From Stylophora pistillata (Eukaryota): DNA of 64,000 bases. The position numbers and the translations under genes are program-made. The stretch covers positions 146,033-210,032 of the forward strand of contig NW_019218293.1 in assembly GCF_002571385.2 (NCBI RefSeq), in the 5' to 3' direction. The notes under the pieces are model-generated. The model had not been told where the DNA came from. It did no database searches and saw only the letters and a program-made list of their open reading frames with translations. Below are positions 23,901 to 36,500 of the stretch, piece by piece (positions within the stretch are counted from its first letter, which is position 1; every line of letters begins with the position of its first letter).

Positions 23901-26900
23901 TGATTCGGCCACAGCTAGTGCAGCTGTTGTTTCGGCCTCAGTTGGCGTAGCTGTTGTTTCTTTATCAGTTGTTGCAACTGTTGCTTCCTCCTCACTTGGT
24001 GGAGGTGTGGTTTCCGCCTCAGTTAGTGCAGCTGTTGTTTCCTCCTCACTTGGTGCAGCTGTTGTTTCTTTATCAGTAGGTGTAGCTGTTGTTTCTTTAT
24101 CAATAGGTGCAGCTGTTGTTTCTTCCTCAGTTGTTCCTGCTGTTGTTTCTTTATCGGTTGGTGCGACTGTTGTTTCCTCATTAGTTGGTGCAGCTGTTGT
24201 TGCTTCCTCAGGTGGTGAAGCTGTTGTTTCGGCCACAGTTGGTGCAGCTGTTGTTCCGGCCTCAGTTAGTGCAGCTGTTGTTTCTTCCTCAATAGGTACA
24301 GCTATTGTTACTTGTTCAGTTGGTACACCTGTTGTTTTGTCCTCGGTTGGTGCAGCTGTCGTTTCTTCATCAGTTAGTGCAGCTGTTGTTTCTTCCTGAG
24401 CTGCTGCATCTGTTGATTCTTCCTCAGTTGGTGCAGCTGTTGTCTCGGCCTCAGTTGGTGCAGCTGTTGTTTCGGCTTCAGTTGGTGCAGCTGTTATTTC
24501 TTTGTCAGTTGGTGGAGCTGTTGTTGCTTCTTCACTGGGTGAAGCCGTTGTTTCGGTTGCAGTTGGTGCAGCTGTTGTTTCGGCCTCAGTTGGCGCAGCC
24601 GTTGTTTGGGCCTCACTTGGTGCAGTTGTTGTTTCGGCTTCAGTTGATGCAGCTGTTGTTTCGGCTTCAGTTGGCGCAACTGTTGTTTGGGCCTCGGTTG
24701 GTGCAGCTGTTGTTTCTTCATCTGTTAGTGCAGCTGTTGTTTCCACTTCAGTTGATGCAGTTTTTGTTTCCGCCTTAGTGGGCGCAACTGTTGTTTGAGT
24801 CTCAGTTGCTGCAGCTGTTGTTTCTTCACCAGTTGGTGTAGTTGTTGTTTCTTTATCAATGGGTGCAGCTGTTGTTTTAGCCACAGTTTGTGCAGCTGTT
24901 GTTTCCTCCTCTGTTATTGCAACTGTTGTTTCTTCCTCAGTTTGTGCAGCTGTTGTCGCTTCCTCAGGTGGTGAAGCTGTTGTTTCGGCTACAGTTGGTG
25001 CAGGTGTTGTTTCGGCCCCAGCTGCTTCAGCGGTAGTTTCCTTCTCAGTTGGTGCAGTTGTTTCTTCCTCAGTTGATGCAGCTGTTGTGTCCTCTTCAGT
25101 TGGTGCAGTTGTTGTTTCCTCCTCAGTTGGAGCAGCTGATGTTTCCCCTTCGGTTGATAAAGCTGTTGTTTGTTCCTTAGTTGGTGCTGCTGTTGTTTGT
25201 TGGTCGGTTGGTGCAACTGTTGTGTCTTCCACAGTTATTGCAGGTGATGTTTCCGCCTGAGTTGGCGCAGCTGTTGTTTGGGCCTCAGTTGGTGCAGCTG
25301 TTGTTTCTTCATCAGTTGATGCAGCTGTTGTTTCTTTATCAGTTGGTGCAGCTGTTGTTTCGGCCTCAGCTGCTGGATCTGTTGTTTCTTCCTCAGCTGG
25401 TGCAGCAGTTGTTTCGGCCTTAGTTGGTGCAGCTGTTGCTTCTTCATCAGTTGGTGCAGCTGTTGTTTCGTTATCAGTTGGTGCAGCTGTTGTTGTTTCT
25501 TCAGTTTCTGCAGCTGTTGTTGCCTCCTCAGTGGGTGAAGCTGTTGTTTGGGCCTCAGATGGTGCAGCGGTTGTTTCTTCAATAGCTGGTGCAGCTGTTG
25601 TTTCCCCTTCAGTTGGTGCAGTTGTAGTTTCCGCCTCACTTGGCGCAGCTGTTGTTTTGGCCACAGTTTCGGTCACAGTTGATGCAGCTGTTGTCTCGGC
25701 CTCAGTTGCTGCAGCTGTTGTTTGGGCCTCAGATGGTGCAGCTGTTATTTCGTGATCAATTGGTGCAGCTGTTGTTTTTTTATCAGCTGGTGCAGCTGTT
25801 GTTTCTTTATCAGTTGGTGCAGCTGTTGTTTCGACCTCAGCAGCTGCATCTGTTGTTTCTTCCTCAGTTGGTGGAGCTGTTGTTTGGGCCTCAGATGGTG
25901 CAGCTGTTATTTCCTCATCAGTTGGTGCAGCCGTTGTTTCTTTATCAGCTGGTGCAGCTGTTGTTTCTTTATCAGTTGGTGCAGCTGTTGTTTCGACCTC
26001 AGCTGCTGCATCTGTTGTTTCTTCCTCAGTTGGTGCAGCTGTTGTTTCGGCCTTAGTTGGTGCAGNNNNNNNNNNNNNNNNNNNNNNNNNNNNNNNNNNN
26101 NNNNNNNNNNNNNNNNNNNNNNNNNNNNNNNNNNNNNNNNNNNNNNNNNNNNNNNNNNNNNNNNNNNNNNNNNNNNNNNNNNNNNNNNNNNNNNNNNNNN
26201 NNNNNNNNNNNNNNNNNNNNNNNCTCAGTTGGTGCAGCTGTTGTTTCGGCCTTAGTTGGTGCAGCTGTTGCTTCTTCATTAGTTGGTGCAGCTGTTGTTT
26301 CCTTATCAGTTGGTGCAGCTGTTGTTGCTTCTTTAGTTGGTGCAACTGTTATTTCTTGCTCAGTGGGGGAAGCTGTTGTTTGGGCCTCAGATGGTACAGC
26401 GGTTGTTTGTTCACTAGCTGGTTCAGCTGTTGTTGCCCCTTCAGTTGCTGCAGTTGTTGTTTCCGCCTCAGTTGGCGCAGCTGTTGTTTTGGCCACAGTT
26501 TCGGTCACAGTTGGTGTAGCCGTTGTCTCGGCCCCAGTTGGTGCAACTGTTTCTTTGACAATTGGTGCGACTGTTGTTTCTTTTTTAGTTGGAGGAACTG
26601 TTTTTTCTTCCTTAGTTGGTGCAGCTGTTGTTTCTTCATTAGCTGGTGCAACTGTCGTCTCGTGTTCGGTTGACGCGGCCGTTGTATCTTCTTTAGTTGG
26701 TGCAGCTGTTGTTGCTTCCACAGAAGGTTCAGGATGTGTTTCTTCCTGTGTTGGTGCAGCGGTTTGTTCCTTAGTTGGTGCAACTGTTTTTTCATCCTCA
26801 GTTGGCGAAGCCGTTGCTCGATCCTCACTTTGTGCAACTGTGGTTTTTTTTTCAGTTGGTCCCGCCGTTGACTCCTCTTTAGTTGGTGCTGCAGTTGTTA

Positions 26901-29900
26901 ATTCCTCAGTGGGTGGAGATGTCGTTACTTCTTCAGTTAGTGTAGGTGTTGTTTCTTCCTTAGTTGGCGAAGCGGTTGTTTCTTTCTTAGTTCGTGCAGC
27001 TGTTATTTCCTCGATTGGCAAGGATGTTGTGTCCTCCTTAGTTGTTGCAGCTGTTGTTACTTCCTCAGTTGGTGCAGCTGTTGTTTCTTTCTCAGTTGGT
27101 ACAGCTGTTGTCGCTTTTTCAGTTGGTAAAGCCGTTGTTCCTTCTTCAGTTGGTGCAGTGGTTGTTTCTTCCTTAGTTGGGGCAGCTGTTGTTTGTTTCC
27201 CAGTTGGTTCCTCTTCAGCAGGTGCAGCTGTTGTTGTTTCCTTAGCTAGTGCAGCTGTTGATCTTTCCGAAGTTGGCGCAGCAGTTGTTTCTTTCTCTGT
27301 TAGTGCAGTCGTTGTTGCTTTTTCAGTGGGTGTGGGTGTTGCTTTTTCCTCAGTCGGTGCAGGGGTTGTTTCCACAGTTGTTGCAACCGTTCTTCCTTCT
27401 GCAGTTGTTGTAACCGTTGTTTCCTTGTCATTTGGCGCAGTTGCTATTTCTTTCTCTGTTGGTGCAGCTGTTGCTTCCTCAGTAGGTTCTGCTGTTTTTA
27501 CCTCTTGAGTCGGTGCAGCTGTTGTTTGTTCTTCAATGATTGCGGCTGTTGTTTGTTTTTTAGCCAATGCATTTGTCTTTTGTTTTTCGGTTGGTGGAGN
27601 NNNNNNNNNNAACCGTTGTTTCCTTGTCATTTGGCGCAGTTGCTATTTCTTTCTCTGTTGGTGCAGCTGTTGCTTCCTCAGTAGGTTCTGCTGTTTTTAC
27701 CTCTTGAGTCGGTGCAGCTGTTGTTTGTTCTTCAATGATTGCGGCTGTTGTTTGTTTTTTAGCCAATGCATTTGTCTTTTGTTTTTCGGTTGGTGGAGAT
27801 GTTGTAACTTTCTCAGTTGGTGCAGCTGTTGTTTGTTCTTCAGTAGGAGCAGCTCTGGTATCCTTCTCTGTCGGTGCAGCTGTTGTTGCTTCCTTAGTTG
27901 GCGCAACTGTTGTTTTTTCTTCAGTTGTAGTGTGCTTAACGTCCGTGATATCTAATACGTTTCCGTCTATTGTAGGCTCGGTTGGTTCTGCTCCATTCCC
28001 CACGTTGTCAATGATATCATCTGTGGCCAGGTTAACTTCTGTTTTCGAATTTTTTGATTTTGGCTCGCTTGTTTGAGTTACTAGGGGAATTTTGGTTGTT
28101 TCTTTCCTTGTGGAGGGCTCTCTTACGGGAGAAGTAGTTGGCTCAACATCGATGATATCTATAATTTCCGCTGTGCCTGGCTCAGAGAGATCTTCCCCAT
28201 TTTCCAAGCTGTCACTTATGTCGTCGGTGACTTTCTGCGCTTGCTTGGGTGGTGGTGTTTCGCTAACTATCACTGTGTTGATTGGTGTGGGAAGAAGTGG
28301 AGTTTTACTCTCAGAGTTGTTTACTGGTGCAGAAGTTATGACTTCAATTCCTACACCACTGGAATCGTCTTGAACGGGAGAGTAACCAACTAACATTCCC
28401 TCTGCAAAAAAAAAAAAATGTAGAAGGAATAGTAAAGTGCTCCTTGTCACAGATTAACCTACCTATGTCCTAAGTTCTAAGTTACCACAGAGTCTCTGTG
28501 GCACAGCAGTGAAATATTAGAGCACAGAAACTGAAGGTCTGAAGTTCGACTCGTTATGGGGACTCTTCGTCCCACGCGCACGAATGGACGAGACTACAGA
28601 GCTTACTGAACTATTTACTCGCACGAAGCTTTCTAAGCAGTACGCGGAACGCATGTCAAAGTAATGCCCCAGGTGTTTCCAAGTGTTTACGGAACCAATA
28701 TTGGAAAAAAAGATTGCGTATGATACAGAAGAATTATAAAGTACTGAAAGGCGCACACATCAAAAAAATTCCTAAGCGGCGAAGGAGCAACGTCATTGAC
28801 TTGGCCAGAAATGTCATGAGCGTAATAAATGAGTTCTAAGGTATCAGGGCCTTGTTGTACTTTATCCCCCCTCAGTTCCCATTCCTCCAACACTCGTCCC
28901 CCTCCCCCGCCTTTGAGACACGCGAGGTTATGAAAAACTCTGAATAAAGCTGATATCGATAAATGTGACAATGGAGGTTGACAACAAGATCAATTGTAAC
29001 ACGCATCTTACCGTTATAAACAGGTTCTAGCTCCGGTTGATTTAGCAGGTCATCCTCTGCGATGAATTCTGGAATCCTTGGAAATGCCCTTTCCTCCTGC
29101 AAAAGTAGCGATGTTTATACAAGTTTTCGTGAGTACGACAGTAAAATGAATGAATTTAACCCTTTACTCCCAGGAATTATCAACAGGTAACTTCTCCCTA
29201 CAATATCCATAAATTATCCAGCAAAAAGGCTATAGGAATACTCAAACTTATCAGGTAGAAATTGTTACCTTGATCGAACACCAAATTCTCGTAACTAATT
29301 TACAAGGAAATGTGTAACGACAAGAGGGGAGAATCAGCCATTAGATCATGGGAGTCAAAGGCTTAATTAACTAGTTTTAATATTCGTCTCTCTAACGAGG
29401 GCGTTCTTTTACTTCACGTAAGTCGCTAAGATTTTTGTGATGAGAATTTTTTTCTTTGTCAAAGTTGAAGAGAGCTGAGAGCTGATCTTACAAGTACCCA
29501 GGTAGTCTCTGTATTTGCTAATCTTAAAATGCCTTCTGAAAATCGCATTTGAATTATATTGATATTTAATATTTATCTAATAGAACATTTCATATTCGCC
29601 TGTGAGTGCGAATTTATTTTTTCCTGTCGATTACATCTCTCATTTCGTATCATCATCGCTCAGAGACAAAATTTCGTATTTACGCGCGGCCATGATATCC
29701 TATCTACCTCAATACTATATATTGATAAATTTAGGTGCACGCGTGTGCCTGTTTTTCGGTGCCAGATACTAGCTAGCTATCAGGAGACTCTCCACCTTAT
29801 CTTTGTGAGTTATATCAAACGAGCAATTCCCTTTTTCGGAAACTTAGCTTTATTGCTACGGAGAGAAGAAAAGCTCGACCTTACTGCGACCAAAACTTGT

Positions 29901-32900
29901 CAACGACATTTGTAAAGGAGAACTTGTTTACCGAGTACAATTCAATTTTAAATAATTTGATCTAAATGAAAAAAATCTCGTCCGAGACAACTTGAGCTTT
30001 TCCTTGAAAGCCAGCGACTTCACGGGCTAAAATCTATAGCTAAGGATATGCATGTTTTAGGCCCCATTTATATGGTCTCAGGTACCCGAGACAAACCTCC
30101 CCCGAGATAACTTTACGGAGCGTTTATATGCAATTTGACACCTGCTAACCCTCGTTCAGCCAGGCCAAGTCGAAAAAGTGGCGAACGACAGAAAAGAATG
30201 GCTATAAAACGCACGGGCTCTGGTTAAAGCGTGCGCACGCATTCTCTATTGGAGTTGTCTCATCTCGAGTCGGCGAGACAAGATGTTTACATGTGAAAAA
30301 GTTGTCCCGCTTGCCAGGGTTACCCTACCTGTCAAGGTGAGAAAACTAGCCTTCCAAGTTGTCTCGCCTATCCGAGACGAGGTCACAACCTCATGTAAAC
30401 GTTGGGCTGAATTTATAAAAAAAATAAGTGAAAATTGAATGAGGTAGGGTAACCCTGGCAGGCAGAACAACTTTTTTTTTTCTTATTTTCTTATTTCATA
30501 CAAACGCTCCAAAACGTTGTCTCGGGGTGGTTGTCGCGAGTACCCGAGACCATATAAATAGGGCCTAAGTTCAAAAACAAAAACTTTTAAGTTTCTTTTC
30601 CTGAAATCTTTATATTTTGAATTTCAAAGTTATCGATGTCTCGATCATTTGGGGTAAACACGATAAGTAAACATCAAGTTTCCCAAACAGGACTCCCGCA
30701 ATTCCGAGAAACCAGAAACATGTCATAAGGAACCCTTAACAGGTCCAAGTTGAATTAAAACTTCCAAGCTGATTACTGGAGTTACCTAAATGTCCCTTTT
30801 GAATAATCTTAGCGCAAACAGCAAACAGAAAATCCCTCGCTTCCAGGAAGCTTGCAGGAGCGCAATCGTTAAAATTTGAGATGGGTCTGGGTCCGATCTC
30901 CGTTCGCACTCACCTGGTACTTTTTCACTTCCCCCTCACTCCAACCTTTTCACGGCAGCCACACAGGTCACTCCCAGGGGAGGGGGGGACAGGAGGAGAA
31001 AGTACCAGAGCACAGAGGTATGGGATTGCACGAAAACGCTTGAAATACTAATTTGCATCTCGCAGATAACAAAAGATCATATTCAAGTGAGGCCTCTATC
31101 TTTCAAGAACGGGATTAACATTCTGCAATCACGCATCTGAGCGGACACATGACATTTTCATAGGATAGCACCAAAATTCAAATTTGCATTCTCCGACAAC
31201 GTTTAGAATTTTTCCGCGTAGTTATAGTAAGGGTTACTTCAACTAGACCAAGGCACTTTTTTTTTTCGTGCCACGTACAGTTTGCAATGCCGTGGTGCGC
31301 AGACATGTTTCGTCTGTGTGAATGAGACGCAACCGTCGAATGATAACATTCGTTACAAATCCGTTAATTAAGCCAAACCCAGAGTGTTATTTACACTTCA
31401 CTGTTGACATAAATATCATAAATTCATTTCTCTTCGCCTTAATGACGAGAAGATGCCTGCACGCCAAAACAAACAGTCTGCAATCGCTTAGACCTTCGAT
31501 TATCGCAAGCTGCGTGCGGACAAGTTTATGGAATAACTCGCAATCAGCTCTGGACATTTTCAACCAAAATCTGTTTTAGAGATTTCCTTAGGTGGTCGAC
31601 AATTTTAACAAAGAACATCAGATTTAATGGGCGCAGTTTTTCGCGCGACAGAAAAATATGCAGACATCCTGTTCCCTAAAATAAATGACTAATTTACTAG
31701 GAGCTTGCTCAAGAAAAGAAACCTTGCGGAATGTTTTATAAATGTTTTCTTTTTTCAAAAGGCTTGACATTCCGGAAAGAACTCTGACACTCTCACTGGC
31801 CTGTTCTTAAAAAAACAGCGGTTTTCGCAAGTCTGCAGAAAAAGTTTCCTGTTAACTTAAGCTGCTTTTTCAACATTTTTAAAGCATTTCCCCTTTGATC
31901 TCTGAGGAACATCTTCGATCGTGTTCCCACGATGTGGAATATTTTCAGGTATTTAAACGTGAAACCTGGTTAAATGTTCGTAATACGCTCGTATGATGAA
32001 GAAATAAGGAAAAATCAAGACATCCGAAATTTCGACTCCCTAAGGTCCGACCTGGAAATATTCTGTTGTCGGCTCACGTTTGTGAGGGTTTCAGATTTAG
32101 CGGAGCGTTTGATTGTTGGTTTTTCGCCATGTTTGGCGTTAGTAAACTACTTTTCCTCTTGAGAAAGATATTCACCGGAAAGTATCCCCCCAGGACGAAC
32201 GATGTTTTCCTTTAAGGCTGTTTGAACTTCTTCAAATCCATTTTCTTTGGGCTTAACCTGTCTGGTATCTTATTGCGTTAGTGCTTTGTCGCAGAATGAA
32301 TGTGCTATAAAATCACACCACTCCAGCTGAGTTGTGAAGTAGGCGTTTTTCCTCTAAAGACAGTTTTTGGCCCCGCCAAACAACGCAATTTCCGGTGCGA
32401 GAGTACTTTGTTTGAGAAAGTCGAGAACCAAAGGTTGTTATTTCTCAATGTTGCTTACAGATACGAACGCGATTTACTTTGAACACCGACAGTCAGCAAT
32501 CCTTGGTTTCGGAAGTCGCATGATAACTACCTTTTAAAAGTTGTGGTGTGAAATTCATGAAAGTGACCCTTCTCTCAACAACACGCACGTGTGACATACA
32601 TTCCCAAAATACATATATTTTGCTGTAACTCGTTTGTTCAATCAATTTACTGGTCAAAGACAACAGGTTCAGAAATTTCAGTTGGAAGCAAGTCGAGATT
32701 TCGACGTTAAAAGGTTTTTTTTTTTGGTCGTTTTTTTTTTTTTTTTGGCCTCAAAAACATGCCGGCGTCTTTGTGCAAGATAAAGTCTGGAGCGTTATTG
32801 CAAAAATACTCTATCGGAAAGCCACCAATACAATACCCTTCGAATGTAAACAAAACGCGTCAAGGTTCGTGTTTGTTTTACACAGATTATGCACCGCTGT

Positions 32901-33552
32901 CAACCGCTATTTTAAGGACATAAGTTACTTTCAGTTACTTTGAATGCGAAATATTTCAGTCTTGTGTGGATTAAATGCTCGTCGCGCAACAGGGACAGAC
33001 GATCGCAACACGTGTATGTCACGACGTCTCAAATGTCCCCAAGGAATTTAGCTTTTACATGGGGCACTAAAATTCGGAAACTTGACTGATATGCCAACCT
33101 GGCTTTCAAATGGAGTTTCCCCATTTGAATGGTGTCCAGCTAACCAGTTACATTGTTGAAGAGATGTTTTGTGACTGCGCCAAGCGGGAGAAAAGATGTT
33201 TAATCTCAAGCAGAGTTTTCATCCCGTTCGCCGCATATCTATAAACGAAATCTATGAGCATCTATAGGTTATTAAGACAGCTAATAAAAAACACATCGCT
33301 GGGTTCACTGAAGAGCCCTGCACAGATGTGACATAAAGCCCTTTTAAAGCCTTATTTCATGAATATTGCGAATCTAAAGGTCTTAATTGTAATCGTTCCT
33401 CAAGAGTTTCATAACACGCGTATAGCCTTGACATAACAGGCGTTGAAAAGAATAGGAAAAAAAAATGTTTTGAAACTCACCGTATCTTGAGCTAGTAATA
33501 GCAAGGCAACTCCCCATAAAATTCTTCTGTATGGCAAAAAAGTGATAGCCAT
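17982..33552 (-). CDS. SPARC/osteonectin-like protein (follistatin-Kazal + EC/EF-hand) with a giant acidic mucin-like N-terminal domain
   Basis: complement join(33552-33481 signal peptide MAITFLPYRRILWGVALLLLAQDT; 29096-29012; 28401-~20102 giant repeat exon with N-gaps, donor presumably in the gap at 20101; 19900-19664 10-Cys follistatin/Kazal; 19075-18846 CNEEEILQFAERFLEW helix; 18636-18459 EF-hands DSNGDGFLDKAE and DLDGDHKLNKKE; 18019-17982 ENAVEEDDEIDS*). All visible junctions are GT-AG and in phase. The link across the single-N gap is inferred. Confidence 0.75.
20102..27930 (-). repeat. Coding 27-bp tandem repeat (consensus ~TTAAPTEEE), PTS/mucin-like and Glu-rich
   Basis: Plus-strand unit ~gttggtgcagctgttgtttcttcctca repeated hundreds of times. 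The minus-strand frame stays open for 2083 aa (20094-26345) and 525 aa (26053-27630). Confidence 0.95.
28490..28600 (+). mobile_element. Degenerate tRNA-derived SINE head
   Basis: A-box-like tgtggcacagcagtg and B-box-like gaagttcgactcg with tRNA-like spacing, but no intact cloverleaf. Confidence 0.4.
29160..29362. mobile_element. piggyBac-like MITE with TTAA target-site duplication
   Basis: TTAA|CCCTTTACTCCCA...TGGGAGTCAAAGGC|TTAA (TTAA at 29156-29159 and 29363-29366). Confidence 0.75.
30060..30565. mobile_element. PIF/Harbinger-type MITE with ~70-bp imperfect TIRs
   Basis: ggccccatttatatggtctcaggtacccgagacaa ... ttgtcgcgagtacccgagaccatataaatagggcc, flanked by TTA/TAA. Confidence 0.75.
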
Positions 33553-36500
33553 GATGCTGTCGAACACTGTAGGCCGGTGACCTTCAAACTCGAGCTACTG
33601 GCAATCGATGGCTGTTGTTAAATTCTCACTGTGTACTAACGGCGATATTCCTGCAGAGAATCACAGATGTTAGGCAAGTTTGCGACAACCGACGCCAACG
33701 CGCACTTTGCACAGCGGAAATTGTCGCGGGTTAGGCCTGATTATTTTTAGTGCCACACATTGCATTTGTTTAGCGGGGTGCAATTCCCTCGAAGTCAAAA
33801 GCCCGATTGTGTTTCACTCACCCGATGAGTTGTTATGTTAACAAGCTAAACTGTATCCGATACGCGTTTCCCCCGAATTGCTCGGAGGACAGCGACTGAA
33901 AAGGCCGAGTAAATGATCAAATCAAGTTTGGTGCTTGACAAAAGTTTGAGAACGAGTACAGCTTAACAGAATCGCAAGATTTTAAAGCTGATATCTACTG
34001 AGAGAGGATGCTTTGTTGATAAACTAAAAAGCGTGATAAAAGCTGACGTGAGGTCAAGAGAAACTCTGTGTGACTGTCGTATAGCGGCCATTTCCGATTT
34101 CCTGAGCTGACGTAAGGAGAAAAAACTGGAGATACGCCGATAAAAGACCCAGGATGCATAACTAAGTCAGCGACTGAAAAGCAAGGTATTTGGAAAACAT
34201 GACTCGAGTGGTCGCACTCAACGGCTGCCCAATAAACGCTACACACAACATAACAAACATAATCTGTAACTCCGCACCGCAAAACTACAGAGATTCACTG
34301 GATTTCACATGTAGTTCCAATCCTGGGCGTTTGGTACAAGTTCGTTCATGTTAGTTACCGAGATTAAAGCTGGCAACCCGAGTTACATTTGTTTTGGCTT
34401 TTACGTTTCACAAGTGAATTATCTCAAGTTCTTGCGCTGAAATGCCCTCGAGTTAAAATGGTTCTTCATCGTTCTCAACTCCGAACCGAGATACCGCGAT
34501 AAAACTGTTCCACGAATAATATGGTTCCTGTAATCCAATTAATCACTATGTCGCACGGCGCCGATAGGTTTCCTAAAACCACAAAATAATCTGTTTTCCT
34601 TGATAACTCTTTAAACATTCCTGAATTGTGAAAAATTCCTGATGTGGGCGTCGAAGGATTGATAGATTGCACCGTGAATGCTCTCTGCTTTCAGCTATAT
34701 ATTTTTTTTAGCTCTTTACCGGCTCTTAACAAGTTTCAAGAATACCTTAAAACATCAACACTGAATTCTTACGATTACTGATAGATTTCCCTATTAACCT
34801 GTTTTGTGTTTACATAGTGTGATATGTCGCTTGTGTAATCAGAGAAATTTCGTCACGGTATAAATTCCCAGAGACTTCTTGTGTGGCAAAAATCATTTAA
34901 GGCCTGGAGTCTACCGTGTCAACTTTGGAACCAAAAACCTCCAGCGCAAGAACTCTCCTTCACTCATGCTGATCTTCGGTGGCAACTGCGCGATTTTTTT
35001 TAAAGGTATTTCTGTCAGAAGTGCAGACATCATCTCTCTTCGCATAGGAATGTTCGTTGAGATTAGATTAGGTAAAGTTATCAGACATACTTTTTCAAGG
35101 TCACCCTTGTCGATCTTAGGGTGAAATCACTTACCCAAATATTAGACGAAGATTCTTCGACCTGTTTAACAGCCTTGCGCAAATCATGGACTTAAGGTAA
35201 GGTGTGCGATTATGGTGGTTTTTGTTCTTAGAAGTTTGTCGCATTTCTTACGATCTGAGGCAAGTTTTGAGGCCTTTTTAAAAAAACGCCTAACAACATT
35301 TGTTGTGTTTCATCCAAGCGCAAACACTATTATCTATCACGATGTACTACTGTTATTTCAAACCATTGGTCTCATTTTGAAATTCTCTCGTGCAAAATCA
35401 CGATCAGCCGATAACACATCAAGATTACCTTAAAATTTAGATGGAAACCTTTCTTATGTGACATGAAACAGCTGAGACGAACATCCTTATTTGCGGGTAA
35501 CTGCCTTGTCACTTTGTTAAGATGTTGATGATTTTTGTAAGTGCATCTACGTTGTAATGCTCCTTTAAAAGTGGTTCTCATCGGTGAAGAGGGGAATCTT
35601 ATAATTACTAAATGGTCGCTCTCCGCACTGGGTCTAACCCTTTGGAATTTCGTATGTCTAGGCCTAACCTTTGGGGTTCAACTAAACAGTACTTCATTAG
35701 CAACCTTTAGTTTATAAATATGACCTGTCTCTTTCCTAAAATAAAATAAATATTAAAGTTTTAAGGTAATTATCAAGCTCTTTCAATTCTAGCTTGGCTT
35801 ACATGTTTCCACTTTCACTTGCATAGCAACCAACATTTTTCTTATCAGGGTCGGGACACACTGGTGACGACTCAGTGAAGGAGACAAGCCTAAACATTTT
35901 CCCAGCAAGGCAAGTGGCAGAAACAATTTTGAACATAGTTGTGGTTTACATACTTGGACGGACCCTCCCAGCGAAGAAAAAAAATGAGGAAATCTCGGAC
36001 TTTACGCTCTGTTTTTGAACGAACCGACTTCGCTCTTAATTTTCGGAATTGCCAAATTTAGTATCACATGCTGCTCGCTAATTTTGCAGTTTTGTATTTT
36101 TCTAGTTGGTTGTGTCAACTTCATAATGTGAAAGCAGAAAAGGAATTTTTCCAGCCAGAGTAGACATAAATCACCGGCGATCACGAATTTGCTGCTCAAC
36201 GGATAATAACTTAGCCCGGCTATGACATGGCGGAAATTTGTCTGTCAATTGTGGCAGGCTTCTTGATTGATGAGTTCTTCTTTTTTCTCCGAGTTCAGGC
36301 TCCGAGTTCAGGTTCCGAGTTAGAACTGTTAGTTCTCTAACAACGAAGAATCTTACATACCTTTTATCCTTAGAAGTACGTCCAGGCTTGCAACACGACC
36401 GTAAAATTCATTTAGTTCTACAGCCAGTTAATTCGAAATGTTTCTCCCGGAGCCGCAACTAGATCTTTTCTCGCCAATTCATTTGATGAAAAAAAATCTC

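Noticed and set aside
27412-27798. ~190-bp duplication and frame break within the mucin exon
   Set aside because: Identical sequence lies on both sides of an 11-N gap. This is a contig-overlap artifact, not evidence of a frameshift or pseudogene.
20102-27930. Possible CRISPR-like array
   Set aside because: It is a continuous degenerate tandem repeat without unique spacers, in a eukaryotic context with no cas genes.
19996-28373. Dozens of plus-strand and off-frame ORFs (VVSSSVGAA-, LVQLLF-, WCSCCF-, QQLHQL-rich)
   Set aside because: They are antisense or alternate-frame shadows of the 27-bp coding repeat. Only the TTAAPTEEE frame connects to splice sites and a signal peptide.
28490-28600. 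Second tRNA gene
   Set aside because: It has A/B-box-like motifs only, with no intact acceptor or anticodon stems; treated as a SINE head.
32176-32257. Candidate alternative exon for the SPARC-like gene (VKPKENGFEEVQTALKENIVRPGGILS, phase 0 to 1, same as exon 29096-29012)
   Set aside because: The acceptor lacks a polypyrimidine tract and the donor is weak; it cannot be supported without RNA data.
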